This document shows, in pieces, positions 7,543 through 17,700 of a DNA stretch of 64,000 nucleotides. Source of the DNA: Candidatus Sericytochromatia bacterium (GTDB taxonomy: Bacteria; Cyanobacteriota; Sericytochromatia; S15B-MN24; UBA4093); assembly GCA_036676985.1 (NCBI GenBank), contig JAKFBU010000056.1:96001-160000 (forward strand), written 5' to 3'. Within the stretch, counting starts at the first letter, position 1; each line of letters begins with the position of its first letter. The notes under the pieces are model-generated. The model saw nothing but the letters and a program-made list of their open reading frames with translations, searched no databases and had not been told where the DNA came from. A program made the position numbers and the translations under genes.

Positions 7543-9537
7543 TTAAAGCGAGGGCTGGAGGGCGGGGGCGGGGGTGTCCAGGGGGGCCGGGGGCGCGCCC
7601 TCGCCGCGGAAGATGGCCCGCCACTCGCGGTCCACCTCGCCCGAGGTCATCTCGCCGGTGATGAGCTTCTGGACGTAAGGGTCGAAGGGATCGGCCTCGA
7701 GCTTCACGCCCTTGTAGGACATGTTCATGAACTCCACGAAGGCCAGGGCCTCCGGCAGGCCGATGCCCTGCTTGCCGTCCTTGTAGTACTGCTTGAACGC
7801 AAGCTGCATGGCCTCGGGCGTCTGCTCGCCGTTGACCAGCGCCTGTACCCAGGGGTCCTGGGCGTCCACGGAGCCCGCGAACTGGCCCTTGTACTCGAAG
7901 TTGATCTGATTGACGAGGCCCATGGCCCGATCCTGCGACAGCCCACCCTGCGGGCTCTTGCCCTCCTTGAGGGCCTGCAGGTGCTTGCCCAGGAGCTGAA
8001 TGGGATCGCCGGGCGCCCCCATGGCGACCTGGCCGAGGCAAAGCTCGAGCGCCTGAGCGAGCTCGTCTTGGTTGGGCGTGCGGCCCATGATGGACTGGAA
8101 CTGCTGCATGATCCGCTCGACCAGGTTGAGGATCATCGACTCCAGCGCGGCCAGGTTCGGGATCTCGCTGGTGCCCACCATGCTCAGCATCTGGCGAATG
8201 AGCTTCATGAGGGCGGCCGGGACCTTCCCGATGAGGCGCTCGACGAGGTCCATGATCTTCTTGATCTGCTGCTCGGCACGGATGGTGTCGAGCTGGGCGC
8301 GCAGCATGGACTCGGTCTGGCGCGCGAGCTCGAGCTTGCGGAACCAGAACTCCTTGTCCTGGAAAAGCCGCAGGGCCTCGCGCTCGCCGAAGTCCCGGAT
8401 GGCCTTCAGCAGATCCTTCAACTCGGCCTCGTCCAGCGTCAGGGACTCGCGGATGGCCTTGTCCGAGCGCGCCAGGGGGAACGCCGAGAAGGTGTCCTGC
8501 AGGATGCCCTGCAGCCGCCGAAGCACGTCGCGGTTGGCAGCCGCCTGGGTCCCGTCGAGCATCTGCTCGAACAGCTGCGCCTCGGCCTCCGACGCGAAGT
8601 CGCGGCCGAGCATGGACTTGAAGAAGGCGCGCGGCGAATTCTCGAGGAAGCGCTCGATGGCCTCCTGCGGCTGGTAGTGGCGAGCGGTGGCCACCTCGAT
8701 GGCGATCTCGAGGTCCCGCGCCGACAGGCCCGTCACCTCGACGTTGCCCAGCCGGTCGAACTTCTTCTGGACCGTGTCGCCGCCGGCGAGCCGCGTGATG
8801 CGGTCGGCGATGACGTTCTGGAAGTAGCTCGAGAGCTTTTGCAGGGCACCCGCCCGGTTGAAGTCAGCGGGTAGGGGATCGGAGAGCTTGGCGCCCTCGG
8901 GGAAGACGAAGGTGAGCTTGGAGCGGTACTCGGCGAGCTCGTTGGCCTCGGGGGGACGGCCGAAGGCGTTCTGGAAGGCCTTGACGGCAGCGGCCTCGAG
9001 GAAGCGCGCCTTGCTGGAGAATGGCTCGGCGAGCTCGCGCGGCAAGGGGCCCGTCTGGCGCAGCTGGGCGGCCTCGCCGGCGTTGCGGGCCTCGAGGCTG
9101 TCCAGGATGCGCTGGCGGCTGGAGAAGGCCAGGCTGTCCTGCAGGCGCAGGGCGCTGTCGATGTCGCCCTGCGTGACGAAGCCCATCTCGAGCAGGACCT
9201 CGCCGATCTTCTTGTCGGTCAGGTTCTGGGTCTGGAGCGCCGCCTCGAGCTGGGCGGTGGTCAGCTTGCCCGTCTCGAGCAGCAGATCGCCCAGCTTCTT
9301 GCGGGCCATCATCGGAGCCTGCGGGTTGCGGTTGTTCTGGACCGCGAGCGCGAAATCGAGCTCCTGCTGGGAGATGAAGCCCTTGTTGACGAGCACCTCT
9401 CCCAGCTGCACGTTGAGCTTGGCTTGCTCTTGCAGGGCCGAGGAGAGCTGATTGCGGTCGATCTTCTTGAGGTTTACCAGCAGTTCGCCGATGTGTTGGC
9501 GTCCCTGTGACAGGGCGCCAATCAAGTCTCCGGTCAT
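7543..9537 (-). CDS. Tandem MshEN-domain (c-di-GMP-binding) protein without an ATPase domain
   Basis: Four RLGxxL-type half-motifs (HIGELLV..ALQEQ, QLGEVLV..ALAVQ, KLGDLLL..ALQTQ, KIGEVLL..ALRLQ); no Walker A seen; RBS AAGGAG. Confidence 0.8.
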   Translation of the reverse strand: MTGDLIGALSQGRQHIGELLVNLKKIDRNQLSSALQEQAKLNVQLGEVLVNKGFISQQELDFALAVQNNRNPQAPMMARKKLGDLLLETGKLTTAQLEAALQTQNLTDKKIGEVLLEMGFVTQGDIDSALRLQDSLAFSSRQRILDSLEARNAGEAAQLRQTGPLPRELAEPFSSKARFLEAAAVKAFQNAFGRPPEANELAEYRSKLTFVFPEGAKLSDPLPADFNRAGALQKLSSYFQNVIADRITRLAGGDTVQKKFDRLGNVEVTGLSARDLEIAIEVATARHYQPQEAIERFLENSPRAFFKSMLGRDFASEAEAQLFEQMLDGTQAAANRDVLRRLQGILQDTFSAFPLARSDKAIRESLTLDEAELKDLLKAIRDFGEREALRLFQDKEFWFRKLELARQTESMLRAQLDTIRAEQQIKKIMDLVERLIGKVPAALMKLIRQMLSMVGTSEIPNLAALESMILNLVERIMQQFQSIMGRTPNQDELAQALELCLGQVAMGAPGDPIQLLGKHLQALKEGKSPQGGLSQDRAMGLVNQINFEYKGQFAGSVDAQDPWVQALVNGEQTPEAMQLAFKQYYKDGKQGIGLPEALAFVEFMNMSYKGVKLEADPFDPYVQKLITGEMTSGEVDREWRAIFRGEGAPPAPLDTPAPALQPSL

Positions 9538-9668
9538 GCGGAGGCTCCTTTCCAAACAGGCCCGAGCCGGGGCTTCTCTTCAATCATCCCCCGCTCCGCC
9601 CGCTCCGTGCGCGATTTAACACACTTTTGAGCAGGTTTTATAAGAGCCCGGGAGGCTTTAAGACGCCG

Positions 9669-10007
9669 CTAATGCTCCTTACCCTGCTTGGCTGATAATT
9701 TCGCCTGCATGACGTCGAGTGGCTCCCAGAAGGTCTGGGGCCACTCGTCGGAATCGTCGGGGTTGATGAGCTCGTCCGGCCAGGGGCTCCGGTGGTTGAA
9801 GCCCCGCCGGACCATCTCGTCGGCCAGGTCGTCGTGGCGACGCTTCATGGCCTTGCTGTGGCCCATCCAGCGTCGCGTCTCCGGGTGGTTGCGGTAGCCC
9901 CGGTTGAGGCCGGCGATCGCCCGCGCCATGATGAGCAGCTCGTTGTGCTCGCCCAGGAGGCGCTTGTCGTCGAGCTCGGTGGCCGGGATCGGCCACCAGC
10001 TACGCAT
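9669..10007 (-). CDS. Pyrimidine-dimer DNA glycosylase / T4 endonuclease V-like protein
   Basis: MRSW..P..LDDKRLLGEHNE, HPETRRW and RHDDLADEMVRRGFNHRSP pattern of the Pyr_excise family. Confidence 0.75.
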   Translation of the reverse strand: MRSWWPIPATELDDKRLLGEHNELLIMARAIAGLNRGYRNHPETRRWMGHSKAMKRRHDDLADEMVRRGFNHRSPWPDELINPDDSDEWPQTFWEPLDVMQAKLSAKQGKEH

Positions 10008-10870
10008 TAATAGGACACTCCGGTGGCCATGGCCTGGAGGCGACGCACCCGCTCCTCGGTGGCCGGGTGGGTGCTGAAGAGCTTCATCAGCATGCTGCCC
10101 GCGCCGGCGAACGGGTTGACGATGTACATGTGCGCGGTCGCCGGGTTGGCGTGCGCCATGGGCTGCTGGTAGGCCGCCTGTTCGAGCTTGATGAGGGCGT
10201 TGGCCAGGGCCATGGGCCGCCCGCAGATCTGGGCCCCCACGCGGTCCGCCTCGAACTCGCGCGAGCGCGAGATGGCCATCTGCACGAGGCTCGCCGCGAT
10301 GGGCGCGACGACCATCATGGCGATCGTCCCGGCCAGGCCGGGGCCTTCTTCATCGTCCCGGTTCCCGCCGAACATCATCGCCCACTGCAGCATGTGGGCG
10401 AGCTGGGTGAGCACGCCCGCGAGCATGGCCGCGACCGAGGAGATGAGGATGTCGCGGTTCTTGACGTGCGCGAGCTCGTGCGCGAGCACGCCCTCGAGCT
10501 CGTCGTGGTTGAGCACCTGGAGGATGCCCTGCGTGACGGCGACCGCGGCATGCTCGGGATCGCGGCCGGTCGCGAACGCGTTGGGCGTCCAGTCCGGCGT
10601 GACGTAGACCCGCGGCATGGGCAGGTTCGCCCGCTGGGCGAGGTTGCCGATCACCCGGAACAGCTCGGGGCTTTCGGCCGCGCTCACCTCCTGGGCGCCG
10701 CTGAACTTGAGGGCGATCTTGTCGGAGAACCAGTAGCCCGCAAAGTTCATGCCCACGGCCAAGAGGACGCCGACCAACAGGCCGGTCCGGCCGCCCATGA
10801 CCGCCGCGCCGCCGACGACGAGCGCCGTCAGGGCAGCCAGCAGGACGAACGTCTTGAAGTTATTCCACAT
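10007..10870 (-). CDS. htpX: Zinc metalloprotease HtpX
   Basis: PNAFATGR, LAHELAHV (HExxH), SRSREFEAD, FSTHP. Confidence 0.95.
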   Translation of the reverse strand: MWNNFKTFVLLAALTALVVGGAAVMGGRTGLLVGVLLAVGMNFAGYWFSDKIALKFSGAQEVSAAESPELFRVIGNLAQRANLPMPRVYVTPDWTPNAFATGRDPEHAAVAVTQGILQVLNHDELEGVLAHELAHVKNRDILISSVAAMLAGVLTQLAHMLQWAMMFGGNRDDEEGPGLAGTIAMMVVAPIAASLVQMAISRSREFEADRVGAQICGRPMALANALIKLEQAAYQQPMAHANPATAHMYIVNPFAGAGSMLMKLFSTHPATEERVRRLQAMATGVSY

Positions 10871-11025
10871 GTATTGGCCCCTCGTAGGCCCTCTTGCGAG
10901 GACGATCAGGTAACGTGACACAACCGGACTAAACGGTCGACTCCATTATACGGGATCCGTCGCCCGACACGAGCGCCGACCGATGCTTGGACTTGGGGGG
11001 CGGGTCAAAGGTTCCCGAACGGGAC

Positions 11026-11748
11026 CTAGACCTCGCCGCGCATGGCGCGCTTCATCTCGCGCACGGCCCGCTCCATCCCCACGAGCACGGCCCGCGAGAC
11101 GATGGAGTGGCCGATGTTGAGCTCGGCCATGCCGGGGAGCTCGGCCACGGGCCGCACGTTCCAGTAGGTGAGGCCGTGTCCCGCGTGCAGGCGCAGGCCG
11201 AGCTCGACGGCCAGCGCCCCGGCGATGCGCAGGCGCTCCAGCTCGTCGTCGGCATGGGGCCAGGTCTCGGCGTAGGTGCCGGTGTGCAGCTCGATGGCGT
11301 CCGCGCCGGCCTCGAAGCTCGCGCGCACCTGGTCGAGATCGGGATCGATGAAGAGGGAGACGACGATGCCCGCCTCCTTGAGGCGGGCGATCGCCCGCTT
11401 CAGCGACTCGAAGTGGCCGCGCACGTCGAGTCCGCCCTCGGTCGTGACCTCCTGGCGCTTCTCGGGGACCAGGGACACCTGCTCGGGCTTGACCTCGAGG
11501 GCGATGCCGACCATCTCGTCGGTGGCGGCCATCTCGAGGTTCATGGGCGTGCGCAGGGTCTGGCGCAGCACGCGCACGTCGCGGTCCTGGATGTGGCGGC
11601 GATCTTCGCGCAGGTGCACGGTGATGGAGTCGGCGCCCGCCAGCTCGCAGAGCACGGCGGCGGCGACGGGGTCCGGCTCGACGGTGCGGCGGGCCTGGCG
11701 GATGGTGGCGACGTGGTCGATGTTCACCCCGAGCTTGGGTGCGGTCAT
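11026..11748 (-). CDS. pdxJ: Pyridoxine 5'-phosphate synthase
   Basis: [37 protein letters not shown]. Confidence 0.97.
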   Translation of the reverse strand: MTAPKLGVNIDHVATIRQARRTVEPDPVAAAVLCELAGADSITVHLREDRRHIQDRDVRVLRQTLRTPMNLEMAATDEMVGIALEVKPEQVSLVPEKRQEVTTEGGLDVRGHFESLKRAIARLKEAGIVVSLFIDPDLDQVRASFEAGADAIELHTGTYAETWPHADDELERLRIAGALAVELGLRLHAGHGLTYWNVRPVAELPGMAELNIGHSIVSRAVLVGMERAVREMKRAMRGEV

Positions 11749-11761
11749 GGGTCCTCCTGGT

Positions 11762-14700
11762 TCATCCAATCAAGTCGAGCGCGCACTGCAGGGCCAAAGA
11801 CCGCTCCGTGTCGGGGGGAATCAGGCTGAAGGCGCGCTGGAGGTGGGGCTTTGCCTTGTCGGGCTGGGAGACCCGCATCAGGCCGAGGCCGAGGTCCGCG
11901 TGGGCCTCGGCGTAATCGGGATCGAGCACCAGGGCCTGGCCGAAGGCGGCGAGCGCCTCGTCCTGCTGGCCGAGGGCCAGGTAGACCGTTCCCATGGCAT
12001 GGTAGTACGCCGCCTTGGGCGCGTGGTAGATGGCGCTCGTGAGGGCCTTCTTGGCGAGGTCAAGGTCGCCCAGGTCCCTCGCCAGGCGGCCCATGGTGTA
12101 GTGGGCCTCGGCGTGCTGGGGCTGCAGGGCGATGACGTCGGCGCAAGCCTCCAGGGCCGCCCGCCGCTCCATCATCTGCTCGTGGGCCCAGGCGAGCATC
12201 ATGAGCGCCTCGGTGTTCTGCGGCTCCACGTCCAGCAGGTCGTAGGCGCGCTTGAGCGTCTCGGGCGGGTTGTGGCGATCGCGCCCCAGGTGCATGAGGG
12301 CCCGCAGGCTCGGCACGTGGCGCGGGTCCAGGGCGACGATGCGCAGCAACGGCCCTTCGGCCGAGCGCAGGTCCCCGCGCTGGCGGTGGATGTCCGCGAG
12401 GATGTGGGCGGTCTCCAGGTCCTTGGGGTCCGCGTCGAGGATCTTGGCGTAGGTGTCGGCCGCCCCGGACAGGTGGCCCACGGTGACCTGCGCGCGGGCC
12501 ATCTTGCGCAGCAGCTCCACGTCCGAGCGATCCTGCTGCCACGCGAGCTGCCACCACTGGATGGCCGCGGGGAAGTCGCCCTCGGCGCTGGAGCGCTCGG
12601 CGAAGGCCAAGGTCAGCTTGCGGAACAGGGACAGGGCCGCCTCGTCGTTCGGGCGGGCGTTGAGGGCCTCCTGCAGGTGGGTCCATGCGGGTTCCAGCTC
12701 GCTCGCGTCCCAGGCGAGCTCCGCGAGGGCGAGCCTGGCGTCGAAGTGGCCGGGCTCCTGCTCGAGGATGCCGTGGTAGATGCGCCGGGCGCCCTCGAGG
12801 TCGCCGGACTGGCGGTGGATCTCGCCCAAGAGGAAGGCGGCCTCGCGATCGCCCGGATCGGCCTGCAAGAGGGCCGAGAGCACGCCGATGGCCTCGGCCT
12901 TGCGGCCCGCCTGGTAGAAGGTGTCGGCGAGGCGCCGCCGGGCGGCCATGTCGTCCGGATCCAGCTGCACGATCTCCCCACAGAAGGCGATGGCCTCGCT
13001 CCATTTCTGCTTGGAGGCATGCATGTCGGCGAGCCGCTCGGCACAGGCCTTGGCGAGCGCGACGTACTCGGCGTGTTCCGCCTCCCCCTCCGTGAGGGTC
13101 GCCGCGCGCTTGAGAGGCTCCCAGGCCTCGGCGAGCTCGCCCTCGGCCATCAGCAACCGGCCGAGGCCGACCAGGCTCAGCAAATCGTCCGGAGCGATCG
13201 CGAGCGCGTCCCGGTAGTGGCCGGCGGCAATCGGTGGCTCGTCGAGGCCGAGCGCCACGATGGCGAGGGCCTGATGCGTGGCGAGGTGAGCGGGATCCGC
13301 GTCGCGTAGCTCCGTGAAGCAGACCCGGGCCTCGTCCCAGAACCCGCCCATGGCCGCGATCTCGCCGTGCCGGAACTTGACGTCGGGGTCGCCCTCCTTG
13401 AGCCGCACCAGCTCGCGGTGGATGCCCACGGCCTCGGCGAAGCGGCCCGCCTTGACGTAGGCCTCGCCCAGATTGGTGAGGGCCTCGACCTCGTCCGCGG
13501 CGAAGCTGAGGAGCAGCTCCCAGTAGAGGATGGCGCTCTCCCAGTCCCCGGCCTCGGTGGCCTCGTGCGCCAACAGGCGCGCGCAGCGACCGATGAGCTC
13601 CATGGCCCGCGGGTTCTTGTTGTCGAGCTTCAACAGCTCCTGGCCGAGCTCCCAGACGCCCTGGATGTCCCCCTCTTCCCAGGCCATCTCGGAGAGGGCG
13701 AAGCGGCTATCGACATGCTTCGGGTCCTCGGCGAGCACCGAGTGGAAGACCTCGCGGGCGCCCTCGCGATCGCCCTGGCGCAGCAGCACCCGGCCCAGCT
13801 GCCACCCGGCCTCGGTGCTGGCAGGCGAGAGCTCGCGGGCATGGGCGAGGGCCTCGACCGCCTCCGCCAGGCGTTCGAGGTCGGCGAGCGCACGTCCCTG
13901 GGCGATCCATGCGTCCACGTCCTCGGGCACGTGCGCCAGGTAGCGCTCGCGCCACGCGATGGCCTCGGCCGGGTCCGCCACGGACTCCGCTAGCTGGTAG
14001 GCGGCCTCCTGGGCCAGGTGCTCCGCCTCGGCATTCTCCTCGGCCTCCTGGACCTTGAGCGCCCAGTCCCAAGAGGACCGGTAGTCTTCCAGCCGTGCGA
14101 AGACGTTGGCGAGCGTGAGGGCGGCCGTCAGGTCCCCGTGATCGGTGGCAAGGCGCTCGTACGGCACTTTCGCCAGGTCGAAGTGGTCGCCCGCGAGTGC
14201 CGTCGAGCCCCAGGTCTTGAGCAAGGCGGGCTCGAAGCCCGTGGCTTCTGCGAGCCGGCGGTAGTAGTCGCAAGCCTCCCGGTGGCGATCCTCGCGCCGG
14301 CAGAGGTCGGCGAGCCGCCTCAGGATCACCGGATGGGCCGGCTCCTGCACGAGGGCCCGCTCCCACCACTGGATGGCCGCCTCGTGATCCCCCTGGTCGC
14401 TCTCGAGGGTGGCGAGCGCGTGGGCCGCAGCCAAGGGGCGGTGCGTCGCCCACAGCTCCTCGAGCGCCGTCCGGGCCTCGTCGGGCGACGGATACGAGCG
14501 CGAGAGCTGGATGCCCTCGTCGAGGGCCTCCGGATGGGCGATCAGGAGGCGGCGATAGCGGGAGGAGGCGATCGCCTGCCGTCCGGCATCGCGCGCGAGC
14601 TCCGCCTGGAAGCGCATGAGGTCGAAGGTCGGAGCCTGGTAGGCGACGAGCAGGTCCGCGTAGAGGAAGGCCTGGTCGAAATCCCGCCGGAGCCTGGCGG

Positions 14701-17700
14701 CCTCGGCGAGCTGGCGCGCGCAGTAGGCGGCGAGCAACCGGGCCCGATCGGCCTCCGGGCTGTCCCCGATGGCGAGCACGCGCTGGCAGTACTCGCCGGC
14801 CATGACGAACTCGCCCCGGGACTGGGCCGAGCGCGCGAGGGCCATGAGGGCCACCGGGTGCGCGGGGTGCTCGTCGAGCACCTCGCGGAAGAGGTGCTCG
14901 GCCCGCTCTGCCTCGCCCGTGCGCAGGAGGCACTCGGCGAGGATCGCCTTGGCATCCGGCCAGTCGGGCGCCTCCTTCAGCAGGGCCTCCAGGTGCTCGA
15001 TGGCCCCGTCCAGGTCCCCGAGGGACATCTCGGCTCGCGCGACGCCGAGGCGCGCCTCCGCGTCATGGGGCGCGAAGCCCAGCACCTGCAACCAGGCCTG
15101 GCGCGACTCGGCCGGGGTCTCGGCGGGGTCGAGCGATCGCGCCTGCGCCGTGGCCACGCGGCGGGCGAAGTCGTCAGCCCCCTCTGCCTCCTTGGCGAGC
15201 AGCGCCTCGGCGACCTCGACGGCCTCGGCAAGGTCGCCCGTCGCGAGGGCCAGATCGCCCAACTGCCTCCAGGCGCCGAGATGGTCGAACTCGCGCGTGA
15301 GCGACTGGAGGATGGCCTTGGCCTCCACGTGGCGCCGGTTGGCGAGCAAGAGCTCCGCCATGGCGAGCAGGTCCTCGGGTTCGGGCTGCTGTTTGGCCAT
15401 GGCGAACAGGCTCGAGAGGGCCTCCTCCGGCCGTTCCAGGTGGCGCAGCAGGCGGGCCGCCGCGCGCAAGGCCTCCGGCTCGTCGGGCAAGGCTTTGAGC
15501 AGGTGCTTCCACCAGGCCAGGGCCTCCGCATGGCGGCCGCGTTCCTCGGCGGCCAGAGCGAGGGTCCGGGCGAGGTCCCGGGCCCTGGGCGAACCGAGGG
15601 CACCCGGGTGGGTCTCGAGGACGGCCGCGAGCTCGCGCTCGGCGGCCTCGAGCTGACCCTGCCGGAGGTTGAGATCCGCCAGCTCCAGGCGCGGCAACAG
15701 GGCGTCAGGCTGGTCCTCCACCAGACGATTGAGGATCTCCCGGGCCTGGGCCAGATGCCCGAGGCGGCGCTCGAGGCGCGCCATGACGAGCCGCGCGAGG
15801 GCATGATCGGGACGGGCCTTGAGGATGGCCGCGAGGGCCTTCTGGGCGCCTGCGACGTCACCCTGCTCGGCGGCATGCTCGGCGATGACGGCGAAGGCCT
15901 CGGCGTCGCCCGCTGCGAGCGGCAGGAGCTTGCGGGCCCAGCCCGCCGCCTCCGAGCCCATGCCCGCCCCGTGCAGGGCGAGCATCAGGTGGCGCATGGC
16001 CCCCACGTCCTGGGGCGCGAGCTCCACGACGCGCGCCCACCACGACGCCCCTTCGGGCGTCAGGCCCGCCAGCTCGGCCTGGCTGCGGGCATGGGCCAAG
16101 GCCCGCATCTTGGCCTCACCATGCCCGGCATCCGCCTCCAGGAGGCGCATGGCCCACTGGAAGGCCTCGGCATGGGCGTTCCGTTCCGCCGCCTCGTCCA
16201 GGAGGGCCTGGCAGACGGCGGCCGTGCGCTCGCCCAGATCGAAGGCCTTGCGGTAGGCTGCCATGGCCTCGTCGTGCCGAGCGAGCCGCTCGAGGCACTC
16301 CGCCTGGAGGATCCACACCCGGGGATCCTCGGGGGCGAGCTCGCGGGCCCGCGCAACCCAGGGCATGGCGTCGTCGGCACGCTCACCGCTCGCTCCTGCG
16401 AGGCACAGCTCCAGCTGGGCGGAATGGAAGACCTCGGGCTCGCCCATGCGCTGGGTAAGCTCAGACAGTGCCAGCCACTCGGCCTCTGTGTCGCCCTCGG
16501 CATGGGCCAGGCGCCGGCGCATGCCCCAGACGGCCGCCTCATCCGGATCCTGGGCCTCGATGACCTCGATCCAGCGGCGGGCCCCCGCGTGATCGCCCAG
16601 GTTCAGGCAGGTATCGACGAGGGGCAGCAGCGCCTGCTTCAGGCCGGCCTCCGCCGCCTGCTCGAGGAGGTATCGAGCCCCCGAGTAGTCGCCTTCGGCA
16701 AGGCGCTGTTCACCCAGCGCCAGCGCGCTGGCCGTGTCGGTCGGATCGCTCTCGACGAGCTGCTCGAGGGCCTGCAGGACCTCCGTCTGGCGGTTGAGCT
16801 CGTTGGCGAGGCGCACCACGTGGCGAAGGGCATCGTCGTCGTCCGGCAAGAGGGCCGCGAGCTTCTGCCACCAGGCGAGGGCCTCGGCACCCGAGGCCTC
16901 GTACGCGAGGCTGCGCACGATGTCGGCCAGGAGGGCGAGGGCACGGGCATGGGCGGGCTCTTCCTCGAGCAGGTCGTCCAGCATGGCGGCGGCCGCCGCG
17001 AGCTGACCGGTCTCGGCCAGGATCTCGGCGTGCTCGATGGTGAACCATGCGTTGGCGCCCAGGATCCGCTGGGCCCGCTGGAACCAGACGAGCGCCTCGG
17101 CCAGGGAGCCCTCCTCCCTAAGCAGGCATGCGAGCGCCACCATGGCATGGGCGTCGTCCATGCTCGCCGCCGTGGCGTAGGCAGCCTTGGCGTCGAGGGG
17201 CCGGCCCTCGCGCAGGGCGCGGTGGCCGAGCAGGGTGTGGGCGGCGCCGGGCAGGTCCGCATCGGTGGGGTCCAGGGCGAGGGCGCGATCCAGCCACTCG
17301 CCGGATCCCGCCTGCAGGGGGGCCCAGGCGAGGCTCAGGCGTACCATGCGCAGGGTTGCGGCATCCGCGGGCCCCAGGTGCGGCTCGAGCTCTGCGAGCG
17401 CTTCCCACGCGGCCTCGGGGTCCGAAGCGGCGAGCGCGATGGCGAAGCGCACGCGCTTGACCGCGGGGCTACCAGCCGCCTCGGGAGACTGCTGGAGGTG
17501 GGCCGACAGCCAGTGCTGGGCCGCCTCGGCGTCTCCCGATTGGGCACAGGCCTCGCTGGCGGCCAGATAGACCCGCGCCATGCCGGCTTGGGCCGCCCGC
17601 TCCAGGAGGGCGCGCGCCTCGCGACCACGCCCGGCGGAAAGCCAGCGCAGGCCAAGGGCCTCGGCCCCCGAGACGTCCTCCGGGTCCCGGACCACCAGCT

